From an uncultured virus (IMG/VR IMGVR_UViG_2850639881_000002) (lineage: Duplodnaviria > Heunggongvirae > Uroviricota > Caudoviricetes): 64,000 nt of DNA. How positions within the stretch are numbered: position 1 is the stretch's first letter; every line of letters starts with the position of its first letter. Below the pieces are notes generated by a model, which saw nothing but the letters and a program-made list of their open reading frames with translations, did no database searches and had not been told where the DNA came from. Shown piece by piece: positions 40,061 to 50,412 of this stretch. Where the stretch lies: the IMG/VR virus record IMGVR_UViG_2850639881_000002; one strand, given 5' to 3'. A program made the translations under genes and the position numbers.

Positions 40061-41137
40061 GTGTCTCGCTTCTCCGTCGCCAAGGCCAAAATCCTCGACG
40101 AGCTCGAAACCCTCCTCGAGCTGCTCTACCGCGCCGAGCGCAAGCATGCGCGCACCGGCCTGTGGAACATCGTCAATCCTTACCGACCGGGCGCCAAGCC
40201 AGAGCAGATGGCCGTCTGGCTGAAGGGCGCCAGGCGCGGAGCGTTCAAGGATTTCGCCGGCGACGTGAAGGGCGATGCGATCGACCTGGTCGCGTTCGGG
40301 CTGCAGGGCTCGATCGACGATGCGAGCCGCATGGCGGCCGTCGAATGGATCGAGGACCGCTACGGTCTTAAGTCCATGTCGCCCGCCAGGCGCGAGCAGA
40401 TCGACAAGGAAAGCCAGGCGCGTCGCCAGGCGGCCGAGGCGCGCGACAAGCGCCGGCGCGAGACGTCGATCGGCAAGGCAAGGCGCTTTTTCTTCTCCTG
40501 CAGCGAGCGCCTGATCGGAACGCCGGCCGACACTTACCTGACCAGCCGCAATGTCGAGATCTCGAAGATCCCGAACCTCGGACGGTCACTGCGTTTCCGC
40601 GCCGACTGCGAATATTGGTTGCTCGAGGGGCGGCCGCAGCTGCCGGCGATGGTTTCCGCCCTGGTCGACGCCGGCGGCCGCATCGGTGCTTGCCACTACA
40701 CCTTCCTGAAGGCGGACGGATCCGGCAAGGCGGACGTGCCGAAAGCCAAGCTGATGTTTCCGGAAACCAGTGGCCTGGTCATCAGGTTGACGAACGGCGC
40801 CAGCGGCCTGCCTGCAGAGGAAGCGGCGGCGCAGGGGATCGCCGGACCGTGCGGGCTCCTCGAGGGGATCGAAGACGGGCTCTCCGGCGCGCAGGCCGTT
40901 CCCGAGATCCGCTTCTGGGCGGCCGGCAGCCTCTCCGGCCTGCTCTCCGTTCCGGACCATCCGGCCGTCTCCGCCTGGATCGTCTTCAAGGACAACGACT
41001 GGGGCAAGCGCCAGGCGCAGCAACTGTTCAACCGCGCGATCGCGCGGCTCAAGGGCTTCGGAAAGCCGGTGGAGGTGGTCTCCATGCCGGCGGACTGGGG
41101 GAAAGACGTCAACGACGCAATAAGGAGCGGATGGTGA
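40061..41137 (+). CDS. DNA primase (Toprim)
   Basis: GDAIDLV, EGIEDGLS, FKDND and KDVND. Confidence 0.8.
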   Translation: MSRFSVAKAKILDELETLLELLYRAERKHARTGLWNIVNPYRPGAKPEQMAVWLKGARRGAFKDFAGDVKGDAIDLVAFGLQGSIDDASRMAAVEWIEDRYGLKSMSPARREQIDKESQARRQAAEARDKRRRETSIGKARRFFFSCSERLIGTPADTYLTSRNVEISKIPNLGRSLRFRADCEYWLLEGRPQLPAMVSALVDAGGRIGACHYTFLKADGSGKADVPKAKLMFPETSGLVIRLTNGASGLPAEEAAAQGIAGPCGLLEGIEDGLSGAQAVPEIRFWAAGSLSGLLSVPDHPAVSAWIVFKDNDWGKRQAQQLFNRAIARLKGFGKPVEVVSMPADWGKDVNDAIRSGW

Positions 41138-42075
41138 TGAACATCATGCAAATCAACGCAATTGAGTACGGAGGGGCGATCGCGCATGTCGCGGCGGCGC
41201 AGCTCTATTCCTTCCTGGCAGCGACCGCCGAGGAGGGTGCAGTCGGTAGATGGCTGCCAAGTGGTGACGGGTCGGATTGGTTCGGGGGCGGCGAGGACAA
41301 CGACGACCCGGCGCAGGACGTGCTGCTCCTGGCGGAATATGCCGCCACCCACGGCGCCAGTGGCGAGCGGCTCTGGATCTGGGGCTGCATCACGGGCCTC
41401 ATCATGAAGGACGTTCCGACCGGCCAGCGTTTTGCCGACGCTCCTTTGGCGCGCCGCTTCGCCTTCGACATGTTCGCATCAATCTGCGTGCAAGCCTACC
41501 AGCAGCTGACCGGGATCCAGCAGGCGGAGATCAGCCTGGCCGCGCTCGAGCAGCGGGAGAACCCGCCGATCGCGCTCGAGGACAGCATCTTCGAGCCGAC
41601 CACCTCGCTCGGCGAGCTCGAGAAGCATTCCGAACAATTCCTGAAGGATCTTGCCGTGGCCGACCAGGCACGCGTCGACGGCGACGAGCTCGAGGAAGAG
41701 ACGCCGGCAGAAATAGAGACCGGCGCCAAGGCGGCCGCTCCCATCGCTCCCGCAACCATGTCGATCGGCGCCGCGGCGCCACAAGGAGAAGCCGATGAAG
41801 AAAAAACTGCAGATCAGGGACAGGAAGCGGGCGACCAGGCTGGCGCGGATCCGGACGGATCGAAGGAAGTTCGCGACGGAAATGCTGATGATGGAGCGGG
41901 CGGGCAAGCTTCCCGGAACGATGGATCCGCATCAGAGGCGGGAGAAGACATTGAAGCTGGCAAGCAGGTGGAGAAGCCAGCCGATGCACTCTCTGGCCAG
42001 TCTGATGGCAGCGGCGATGCCTCGAGCACCACTGACGCAGTGAAAAAGCCGGCCCGACCCAAAAAGCAAAAATGA
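41137..42075 (+). CDS. phage hypothetical protein with acidic low-complexity C-terminus
   Basis: TGATG-coupled to the primase. Confidence 0.65.
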   Translation: MNIMQINAIEYGGAIAHVAAAQLYSFLAATAEEGAVGRWLPSGDGSDWFGGGEDNDDPAQDVLLLAEYAATHGASGERLWIWGCITGLIMKDVPTGQRFADAPLARRFAFDMFASICVQAYQQLTGIQQAEISLAALEQRENPPIALEDSIFEPTTSLGELEKHSEQFLKDLAVADQARVDGDELEEETPAEIETGAKAAAPIAPATMSIGAAAPQGEADEEKTADQGQEAGDQAGADPDGSKEVRDGNADDGAGGQASRNDGSASEAGEDIEAGKQVEKPADALSGQSDGSGDASSTTDAVKKPARPKKQK

Positions 42076-42145
42076 AAATGGGGCCCCAAATGTCAACCGA
42101 AAGGCGGTTTCCGAACCGCTTTTCCCCTCCGGTTGAAAAAAAATT

Positions 42146-44008
42146 ATGAGCATCGAAAAGCAAGACGACGGCACGAAAAAAGCAGGCGGTTTGATCCGCG
42201 GCGCGATGGGCAAGGTGCAGCTCGAGCTCAAGCGCCGGCGCGCGCCCTATCCCTCTCCCGGCAAGCCCCTCGACGGCATGCAACCCGGCGAGTGGATGAA
42301 CCACAACTATGTCGACGAGACCGGCTTTCTTCCTCAGAACTGCCCGGTGCGGCCTCTCGGCTACGACGGCGAGAATTATTACTACGTCGACACAATGGGG
42401 CAGGTGTTCAACACCGGCGACGGCGCGCTCGGTGTCGAGCGGCTGCAGAAGCTGTTCGCGGGCCATGAGGACTTTCTCTATTGGGCCTGGCCGGCAAAAG
42501 AGCCGAAGAAGATGTTCGCGGATCCGGGCTTCAAAAGCGAGCGCGTGCGCCGCGATCTCTTTGCCGCCTGCCGTGAGCGCGGCGCCTGGTCGGCGACCGA
42601 CATGGTGCGCGGCCGCGGCGCCTGGCGCGACAGCCAGGGCAATCTTCTCCTTCATTGCGGCGATCACATGTGGATCGATGGTCGCATGGAAGACACCGGC
42701 GAGATCGAGGATCACTTCTATGCTCGCCGGCCGGCGTCGTTGTCGCCTTGGGCCGACCCGGTCGAGCCGAAGGACAATCCCGCCGTCCAGGTGATGGAGA
42801 TCCTCCGCACCTGGAATTTCGACCGCGGCGACATCGATGCGATGCTGCTGCTCGGCTGGATCGGCATTGCCATGCTCGGCGGTGCGCTCGACTGGCGGCC
42901 CTCGATCTTCATCGTCGGCGATGCCGGCACGGGTAAATCGGAGCTCACCGGCAAGACCGGGCTGCTCAAGACCATCCTCGGCCGGCTGATGGTCTCGACG
43001 ACGAACGCGACCGAGGCCGGCCTCTATCAGCTCGTCGGCCATGACAGCGTCCCGATCTCGATCGACGAACTCGAGGGCGACGAGGGACAGGAGCAGGCGC
43101 AGCGTGTCATCAAGATGGCCCGCGACGCGGCGAGCGGCTCGGTCAGGATCCGCGGCGGCCAGAACCACAAGGGCGTCGAGTTCCAGGCGCAGTCGACCTT
43201 CATCTTTTCAGGCATCAACCCGCCGCCATTGCCGCCGGCGAGCTTGACCAGGCTGGCGATCATCCAACTGCACCCGTTGAAGACGGCAAGCCCCAAGGCT
43301 CCGACACTGTCAGCAGCCGAGACTGTCGGGCCGCGCCTCATGCGGATCCTCGCGGACGGGTGGAAGGATCTGCAGTGGCGGCTCGACGACTATTACGCAA
43401 TCCTGCGCGAGCACGGGCACGACAGCCGCGGGCAAAAGACCTTCGGCACCTTTCTGGCGGTGGCTCACACTATGCTCGGCGATGAAGGCCTGCGGCGGCT
43501 CGGCCTTCCGCATGGCGATCTCTCCAAGTGGGGCGAGTGGCTTGCGGCCGACGCGCTGCCGGAGCTCGAGGGGCGCTCTCCGACGTGGGAGCAATGTCTC
43601 GGTTACATCCTGACCTCCGTGATCGACAACTACACCGGCGGCCAGCGGCGAACCGTCGCCCAGGAGCTCGAGCGGCTCAAGATCGGCGAAGGCGTCGGCG
43701 TCCACGAGGTGCGGGATAAGCTCGAGGCGATCGACCTCGGGCTGCTGGGGACGGTGAAGGACGGCCTCACGCTATGCGTGCCGAACCAATCGCGGCAGCT
43801 GGCGAAGGCGCTGGCGGGCACGCCCTTCAGCAACGGCGTGCAGGGCAGCTGGAGCTTCGCCTTCAAGCGCGGCGATCCGACCATCATCAAGCAGAAAATC
43901 GACTGTGGGGGCGGCAGGATGGACAACCGCATCACCGTGGCCGGGCGGCAGTGCCGGTGCACCTTCATCGATCTTAAAGCGTACACGAGGCGGCAGCAGC
44001 AGACATGA
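42146..44008 (+). CDS. P-loop replicative helicase (SF3/AAA+-like)
   Basis: Walker A GDAGTGKS, Walker B ISIDE, sensor SGIN. Confidence 0.75.
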   Translation: MSIEKQDDGTKKAGGLIRGAMGKVQLELKRRRAPYPSPGKPLDGMQPGEWMNHNYVDETGFLPQNCPVRPLGYDGENYYYVDTMGQVFNTGDGALGVERLQKLFAGHEDFLYWAWPAKEPKKMFADPGFKSERVRRDLFAACRERGAWSATDMVRGRGAWRDSQGNLLLHCGDHMWIDGRMEDTGEIEDHFYARRPASLSPWADPVEPKDNPAVQVMEILRTWNFDRGDIDAMLLLGWIGIAMLGGALDWRPSIFIVGDAGTGKSELTGKTGLLKTILGRLMVSTTNATEAGLYQLVGHDSVPISIDELEGDEGQEQAQRVIKMARDAASGSVRIRGGQNHKGVEFQAQSTFIFSGINPPPLPPASLTRLAIIQLHPLKTASPKAPTLSAAETVGPRLMRILADGWKDLQWRLDDYYAILREHGHDSRGQKTFGTFLAVAHTMLGDEGLRRLGLPHGDLSKWGEWLAADALPELEGRSPTWEQCLGYILTSVIDNYTGGQRRTVAQELERLKIGEGVGVHEVRDKLEAIDLGLLGTVKDGLTLCVPNQSRQLAKALAGTPFSNGVQGSWSFAFKRGDPTIIKQKIDCGGGRMDNRITVAGRQCRCTFIDLKAYTRRQQQT

Positions 44009-44162
44009 CACCTGCAACCTGCGGCGGCAGAGGACCGCCAATTTTTGTGTTTTTGAGAGGGGAAACCCAGACCCTGACCCTTCGGCGAGCGAGAAATCGC
44101 GCGGTTGACGGTTTTTGCCCTGGTGTAGCGTAACGCATGGCGTGTGGCGGCCGCTGGTTATC

Positions 44163-44405
44163 TGTCTAGACTGTCTAACGAGTGTCTAACGCCAAAGGCA
44201 CTTTGAAGCATCTGAATTCATTACGAAATTCCGAGCCGTTAGACAGTTAGACAATCTAGACAGCAATTCCTCTCCTAATGCACATGCACAGGCATATGCA
44301 TACGGAAATATAGGTGTCTAACTGTCTAGTCGTCTAAATATGAATGTATGTAGTTGTTTTCATTCATATAATAGGACTAGACAGGATTAAGACACTCGCA
44401 AGACA
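44163..44405. repeat. iteron array, putative replication origin
   Basis: 12 TGTCTA-like units in four alternating triplets in AT-rich DNA after the helicase. Confidence 0.75.
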
Positions 44406-44407
44406 GA

Positions 44408-45003
44408 TGGCGGCGCGAGTGATGAATAAAATAATCGAGAACGACGACGATCAGGGGCTGGATTGGCGCGCCGACGCGGACGCCAGCCTCGACCGCACGG
44501 ATCCGGAGCGGGCGGCCGCCCGGCCGCGCGGCCGGCCGAAGGGCGCGGTCAACCGGAAGACGGCCGACTTCAGCGACTGGTACCAGGCGCAGGGCTTCAA
44601 GGATCCGCTCGTCGCCCAGGCGCAGTTCCTTTCCGCCGATCCGGTCGCGCTGCAGGCGTTCTTCATCGAACACGAGAAGACCTCGAAGGCGATCGGCAAG
44701 GCGATCGGCAAGGCGGTCCCGGCGCTGATCGACATCGTGAAGGAACAGATGGCCTGCGCTCGCGACCTGGCGCCCTATCTGCACGGCAAGATGCCGACGA
44801 AGGTCGAGATCACGGACGAGCGGCTGCCGATGCTGGTGCTCAATCTCGGCACCAACCAGCTCGACCAGGCGAAGGCGATCGTTCACGGCCGCCTGTCGAT
44901 CGGCGCACCTATCGCGGATGCCACATCGAATGATATCAACGGCTTAGCATTGGATGCTGAACCGTCCGACATTTCGGAAAAAGTCGGAAAGGCAAATTCA
45001 TGA
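44408..45003 (+). CDS. terminase small subunit-like protein
   Basis: RGRPKGAVNRKT..LAPYLHGK; upstream of TerL. Confidence 0.7.
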
Positions 45004-45349
45004 GCAAAATCAATGCATCGCTACTGATCAGAAATCAGCTACTTTCGAAGGGGACCGGCCGGTTTGGAGCGATCGGCCTCGGCCTGGTCGACGGCCGGCG
45101 GGCGGTCATGCGGGGCGGGAATGAACCCGCGCGGCCGGCCGCGGCGCGCCGCTTCCCCCGAGGCCGGGCCCACCCCCCCGTACAGGGGCACGCTCGTGCG
45201 CACCGCTCTGCATTTTCGCAGAAGGGGGTAAGGCGACCAAAAACGGGCCTATTTGGGGCCGAGCGCCGGGACTTGCTCTGCCGCCTGGGGGTTGGGGTGT
45301 GGGTTTGCGAAGGCGCCGCGGTCGTTCTCGCTCTTCTGAGGGTCGGGGC

Positions 45350-46999
45350 ATGAGCGGCCATATCAGCAACATCGTCACCCGTGAGGATATCCGGGTCTAT
45401 GGTGAGGACCAGGTCCGCGCCCTCGTCGCCAAGCTCGAGGTGCCGCAGCACTTCGACCCGTACAACTACACGCCTCCGGGGCCGGTCGCGCAGGCCTTCA
45501 TCGTCTCGACGGTGCTCACCCGCTTCATCATGGGGCCGCTCGGCGGCGGCAAGACCACGGCCTGCGCCTTCGCCCGCATCTACGCCGCGCTCCTGGCTCC
45601 GGTCGCGCGCCACCCTGACGACGGCATTCCGACGCGCATGTGCCGCTGGATCGTCCTTCGCGACAGCTTCCGCTCGGCCGAGAAAACCGTTCTCGAGAGT
45701 TGGAAGCAGTGGTTTCCGAAGGGCTATCCCGGTTCGGGCTGGGCAGGCGGCAACGATCGGCCGGTGACGCACCGGCTCCGTTTCATTGGGCCGGACGGGA
45801 TCCGGATCGAGGCAATCACCGAATTCGCCGGTCTCGGGGAGAACTCGATCGAGACCCTGATGAAGGGGCGAGAGTATTCCGGCGCCTGGCTCAACGAAGC
45901 CGACACCCACGCACCAGGTGCGCTCGAGGATCTCGAGCAGCGCGTCGGCCGCTATCCGAGGGCAGGCCTGCTGATCGATCCGAACGCGAAGCGCATGCGC
46001 TTCGTGATCGGCGACCTCAACGCGCCGTCGATCGACAGCTGGGTCTATCAGACCTTCATCAAGAACCCGACGCCGGATCGCGAGTTCTTCCAGCAGCCCT
46101 CCGGCCGATCGGCGGAAGCGGAGAACCGCTTCAACCTCGAGGATGATTACTACGACCGCATCGTGCGCAACCAGGACGACCACTTCGTGCGCCGCATGGT
46201 CGACAACGAATTCGGCTATTCCCGCTCCGGCAAGCCGGTCTATGACAGCTTCTCACGAGCTCGGCATGTGTCGCGCGCTCCGATCGAGTTCATTCCGAAG
46301 CTCACGCTCAACGTCGGGATCGATATTTCGATGAACTCGCTGAACCCGGCCGCGGTCTTTGGCCAGGCGCGAGCGCCAGGCCGAATTGCCGTCTTCGACG
46401 AACTTTATCTTGGGCACGGCGTAGGCGCCGCGCGGTTCGCTGAAGCTTTGCATCAGCGAATTCTTGAGCGGTATGGCGCTGCTCGCGCCATAAGACTTTG
46501 GCTTGACCCGGCCGCCGCCTATGGCGCCGACCGGGAGGGCGGTCAGCTGACCGCCATGGAGCAGATCGCGACCACCTGCGGGCTCCCAGTCCTCCTTCCC
46601 GCCAACGGATCAAATGAGCTCGGCATGCGGTTGGACGCCGTGAAAACAGAGCTCCGCGGATATCTCGAGCCTGAGACGCACCTGCTCATTTGCTCCGTCG
46701 GCTGCCCTTTGCTCCTGGAGGGGATGGAGGGAAAGTATCGCTACAAAAAGCGGCCGGAGAGCGCCTCGACGGAATACGAGGAGCAGCCGGAAAAAACGCA
46801 TCCCTGGTCGGACCTTCAGGACGGGTTGCAGTACCTAGTGCTCGGGATCCGCGGCCGGACTGCCGGCATTCGTGCCGCAGCCGATCGCGACGACGACGGC
46901 CGGCACACGCCGCGGGGCGATCGGCCGCCGAGGGGTTGGGGGTCCGGCAGTCGCGCCGGGGGCCGAGGCGGTTTCGATCCGCACAAGGTCGGCCGATGA
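45350..46999 (+). CDS. terminase large subunit
   Basis: GPLGGGKT, WLNEAD, DLNAP and SDLQDGLQY. Confidence 0.88.
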   Translation: MSGHISNIVTREDIRVYGEDQVRALVAKLEVPQHFDPYNYTPPGPVAQAFIVSTVLTRFIMGPLGGGKTTACAFARIYAALLAPVARHPDDGIPTRMCRWIVLRDSFRSAEKTVLESWKQWFPKGYPGSGWAGGNDRPVTHRLRFIGPDGIRIEAITEFAGLGENSIETLMKGREYSGAWLNEADTHAPGALEDLEQRVGRYPRAGLLIDPNAKRMRFVIGDLNAPSIDSWVYQTFIKNPTPDREFFQQPSGRSAEAENRFNLEDDYYDRIVRNQDDHFVRRMVDNEFGYSRSGKPVYDSFSRARHVSRAPIEFIPKLTLNVGIDISMNSLNPAAVFGQARAPGRIAVFDELYLGHGVGAARFAEALHQRILERYGAARAIRLWLDPAAAYGADREGGQLTAMEQIATTCGLPVLLPANGSNELGMRLDAVKTELRGYLEPETHLLICSVGCPLLLEGMEGKYRYKKRPESASTEYEEQPEKTHPWSDLQDGLQYLVLGIRGRTAGIRAAADRDDDGRHTPRGDRPPRGWGSGSRAGGRGGFDPHKVGR

Positions 47000-47517
47000 T
47001 CTCGGTTACGACCCCCGCCACGATCTTCGACATGGCCGAGCTCAGTGAGGCCCGGTCGCGTATCCATTGGGCGGTGGCTCGCGAAATGTGGGCCGCCGGC
47101 GAGACGTTCGCAATTCGGCGAGGAGAGGATCTGCTCGCGATTTGCGGGCTGTACCCGATATCCGGCGGCGCCGAAGCTTGGTTCAATGCCCGTCCCGAGG
47201 CCGGAAGATGGATGCTCCCCATCATTCGAGAGATGCGGTTGACCTTAACAGCCCGTGCTTACCCTGAAATCGTGGTGCTCTGTACCACCCGCGCAGGCAG
47301 CCGGATCGCGGCCGCCTGCGGTTTCAGCTTTGTGGAACATAGCGACAGCGGAGAACTTTGGCATGCCAGGTGTGTTGAAGAGCAACAGTGGCAAGGATCT
47401 TGCGAAGCAGCAGGCGGAGCAGCAGCAACGCCGCACGCTTGCGGATCTGGCGAGACAGCAGGCGGAGGTCGACCAGGCGGCCGCCTCGAGCAAACCGGGA
47501 CGGTCGAAAACGGGTAG
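46996..47517 (+). CDS. GNAT-like phage protein
   Basis: ATGA-coupled; LLAICGL..EAWF..AAACGF. Confidence 0.55.
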   Translation: MISVTTPATIFDMAELSEARSRIHWAVAREMWAAGETFAIRRGEDLLAICGLYPISGGAEAWFNARPEAGRWMLPIIREMRLTLTARAYPEIVVLCTTRAGSRIAAACGFSFVEHSDSGELWHARCVEEQQWQGSCEAAGGAAATPHACGSGETAGGGRPGGRLEQTGTVENG

Positions 47518-47572
47518 CCGCCTGTTGACCTTCCTTTCCGGCGAAGGCCTCGACAAGTTCGGGCAGGCCTAA
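47363..47572 (+). CDS. small Q-rich virion protein
   Basis: GGAG RBS; TAATG-coupled to the portal; promoter at 47239. Confidence 0.6.
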   Translation: MPGVLKSNSGKDLAKQQAEQQQRRTLADLARQQAEVDQAAASSKPGRSKTGSRLLTFLSGEGLDKFGQA

Positions 47573-49110
47573 TGTTCGAAACCGGGAAGCTGAAAGAGCG
47601 GCGGAACGCCGCCAGGCGGGAGCGCGACAGCTTCCAGCCTCTCATGGACGAGGCCTACCAGTACGCAATCCCCTTCCGGAAGTCGACGCGACACACCGGA
47701 ACCGGCGAAAAGCGTGTCGACCAGGTCTTCGATCACACCGCGATCGACAGCGCTTTCCGCTTCGCCGGCAAGGTCCAGCAGGATTTCTGGCCGGCCGGCC
47801 AGGAGAATTTCGAGCTCGCTCCTGGGCCGATCGTGCTCGACCCGAAAGAACGCGAGGAGCTCTCTAAGCAGCTCGATCCCATCACAAAAATCGCTCAATC
47901 GTTCTTCGATGATGGCGAATGGGACATGGCGTTCCACGAGATGGCACTCGATCTTTCGGCCGGTACCGGCGCCATCTTGATGAATTCTTCCGACGAGCCG
48001 GAAGCGCTCTGGGAGCCAATCTCCGTTTCGATCGACGAGCTCCTGATCGAGCAAGGGCCGAACAATAAGATTTGCGGCATCTTCTGGGACCGGAAGCAGA
48101 GCGTTCGCCTGCTGATGGAGACCTGGCCGGAGGGCAAGTTCGGCAAGGATCTGCAGGAGCTCGGGCGCGCCAAGCCGGAGACTGAGCTCGAGGTGCGCGT
48201 CGACACCGTCTATGACCGCAAGTCGAAGCGTTGGCACATGCTCGTTTGGTGCGACAAGCAGGACACAATCATCTATTCCGGCCAGTCGCGCACCTGCCCC
48301 TGGTTGCTTCCCCGCTATTTCCGTGTGCCTGGCGAAACCTACGGCCGCGGGCCGGTCATGCTTGCCATGCCGACGATCAAGACGGTCAATACCGTCGCAC
48401 GCCTGCAGCTGCAGGCGGCCGCAATCGCCATGCTCGGGATCTACACGGCTGTCGACGATGGCGTGTTCAACCCGGATCTGGCGCCGCTCGAGCCCGGCGT
48501 CTTCTGGAAGGTTGCCCGCAACGGCGGCACGCTCGGCCCCTCAATCAATCGCTTCCCGGATCCTCGGCTCGATCTGTCGAACATGGTGCTGCAGGACATG
48601 CGCATGGGCGTGAAAGCCACCATGATGGATCAATCCCTGCCGCCGGATGGGGCGGCCGTCCGATCGGCGACCGAGATCCTCGAGCGCGTCAAGCGGCTGG
48701 CTTCCGACCATCTCGGCGCCTACGGCCGCCTGATCAAGGAAGTGACGATCCCGGCGGTCAAGCGCGTGATCGAGCTCGCCTATAACAAGGGGCTGATCAG
48801 AAGCGAAATCCCGATCGACCAGCTGCTGATCCGGATCAAAATCAAATCGCCGCTGGCGATCGCGCGCGAGGCCGCCCGCATCGAAAAAATCATTCAGTGG
48901 CTGCAAATGGTCCTGATGATCATGCCGCAGGGCGCGGCCCGCGTCGCACACCTTGAGATCGCCTTGACCGATATCGGCCGCCAGCTTGGCGTGCCTGGCG
49001 AATACATCGTCACTGCCGACGAGCGGGCAGCGATGGATCAGCAAATGGCCGAGCAGCAGGCCGCAGCGATCGCTGCGCAGGCCGCGCTCGGCGCAACAGG
49101 AGCAGCGTAG
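47572..49110 (+). CDS. portal (head-to-tail connector, T7 gp8/BPP-1-like)
   Basis: FDHTA, GETYGRGP, SATEI and SPLA motifs. Confidence 0.9.
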   Translation: MFETGKLKERRNAARRERDSFQPLMDEAYQYAIPFRKSTRHTGTGEKRVDQVFDHTAIDSAFRFAGKVQQDFWPAGQENFELAPGPIVLDPKEREELSKQLDPITKIAQSFFDDGEWDMAFHEMALDLSAGTGAILMNSSDEPEALWEPISVSIDELLIEQGPNNKICGIFWDRKQSVRLLMETWPEGKFGKDLQELGRAKPETELEVRVDTVYDRKSKRWHMLVWCDKQDTIIYSGQSRTCPWLLPRYFRVPGETYGRGPVMLAMPTIKTVNTVARLQLQAAAIAMLGIYTAVDDGVFNPDLAPLEPGVFWKVARNGGTLGPSINRFPDPRLDLSNMVLQDMRMGVKATMMDQSLPPDGAAVRSATEILERVKRLASDHLGAYGRLIKEVTIPAVKRVIELAYNKGLIRSEIPIDQLLIRIKIKSPLAIAREAARIEKIIQWLQMVLMIMPQGAARVAHLEIALTDIGRQLGVPGEYIVTADERAAMDQQMAEQQAAAIAAQAALGATGAA

Positions 49111-49475
49111 TGCAAGCAAATCCTTTTGAGGCGATCATTTCCAACGCCGGCAAGGCCGGCTGGGACTGGTTTCAGCAGGCGCCGGAGGCTGTTCGCCGCC
49201 AACTCGAGATCGACCAGTCGCGCGCCGGGGAAGACGGCAAGGCGATCGCGCGGGCCTGGGCCCGTTTCGCGCGCAGTCCGGACGGCCGCAAGGCGCTCGA
49301 GGCGCTGTTCGACAAGACGCTTCGCAGAACGGTCTTCTTCACACAGCTCGGGCTGGATCCCGCCTCGATGGCGAACTGGGGCGCGTTCCGTGAAGGCCAA
49401 AATGCGCTTGCGCACGAAATTGCCCGGCAGATCGGCCTGGGCAACCAAGAGAAGGTGAAGGCGAGAGACGTCTAA
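49110..49475 (+). CDS. Bbp19-like protein
   Basis: FARSPDGRKALE..AFREGQN after the portal. Confidence 0.7.
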   Translation: MQANPFEAIISNAGKAGWDWFQQAPEAVRRQLEIDQSRAGEDGKAIARAWARFARSPDGRKALEALFDKTLRRTVFFTQLGLDPASMANWGAFREGQNALAHEIARQIGLGNQEKVKARDV

Positions 49476-49496
49476 AGCAGGAAAGGAAGGCGTGAC

Positions 49497-50366
49497 ATGC
49501 GATACCCATTCAATCGATTTTTGCCGGTTTTCAATGCGGCCGACGCCGGCGGCGGTACCGGTGATGGCGGGGCCGGCAATGGTGGAACCGGCGACGGCGG
49601 CGGCAATGGCGGATGGGCTCCTCCCCAGGGGCTACCGGCGGAGTTCGCCGGTTCCAGCGCCGACGAGGCACTCAGCAAGCTCATCGGCGGTTACTCGGAT
49701 CTGAACACTCGCTTCGGCGGTCTCCGCGAGAAACTGTCGAAGATGCCGGCGGCCCCGGAAAAGCCGGACATGTACACCTTCGAGCCAGGCGACAATCTCA
49801 AGCCGTTCTTCGGCGATTTCGCGCAGAACCCGGCATTCTCGAGCGCCCGCGAAGCGGCCCACAAGCACGGCCTCTCGCAAGAGCAATTTGCCGGCTTCAT
49901 CTCCGACGTCTATAGCCCGCTCGTCGAGCAAGGGGTCCTAGAGGCGCCATTTGATCCGGTTAAAGAGATTAAGGGTTTCCAGACGGCGACCGGTCTGGAT
50001 ACGAAAGGTGCCCAGGAGGCACTGATCGCGGCTGAGACCTTTGCGAAGGGCTTGACCGGACAGCTGAAGGATGTGCCGGAAGCCCTCAAGGCTGACGTCG
50101 AGGCACATCTCATGTCCTTGACCGACACGGCCGCCGGCAACGTGCTGTTGCGCGCACTTGCCGGCCGCTTGGGTGAAAATGGCATTCGGATCAGCGGCGA
50201 TCCGGGCGGCCAGGGCCAGCTGACTGCGGCCGACCTTGCCAAGCTCGACGCGGATCCGCGCATCGATCCTCGCAACCGCGATCACAAGGATCCGGGCCAG
50301 CGTTTCGATCCCGATTTGCGCAAGCGCTACGACGACGCATATGCGCGTCTTCATTCCGGGCGCTAA
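49497..50366 (+). CDS. scaffolding protein
   Basis: PEKPDMY, AHKHGLSQEQF; lies before the capsid gene. Confidence 0.75.
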   Translation: MRYPFNRFLPVFNAADAGGGTGDGGAGNGGTGDGGGNGGWAPPQGLPAEFAGSSADEALSKLIGGYSDLNTRFGGLREKLSKMPAAPEKPDMYTFEPGDNLKPFFGDFAQNPAFSSAREAAHKHGLSQEQFAGFISDVYSPLVEQGVLEAPFDPVKEIKGFQTATGLDTKGAQEALIAAETFAKGLTGQLKDVPEALKADVEAHLMSLTDTAAGNVLLRALAGRLGENGIRISGDPGGQGQLTAADLAKLDADPRIDPRNRDHKDPGQRFDPDLRKRYDDAYARLHSGR

Positions 50367-50385
50367 CCTCCCAGGCGCCACACCT

Positions 50386-50412
50386 GGCCGGGCACAGTGC
50401 CCGGCCTTTTTT
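50386..50412 (+). terminator. intrinsic terminator
   Basis: GGCCGGGCAC-A-GTGCCCGGCC followed by TTTTTT. Confidence 0.75.

Noticed and set aside
44163..44405. Possible CRISPR array
   Set aside because: Units are 7-8 bp in both orientations with no 30-40 bp spacers and no cas genes
45000..45353. 117-aa ORF between terS and terL
   Set aside because: G/C-run-rich, low-complexity translation; more likely a non-coding packaging region
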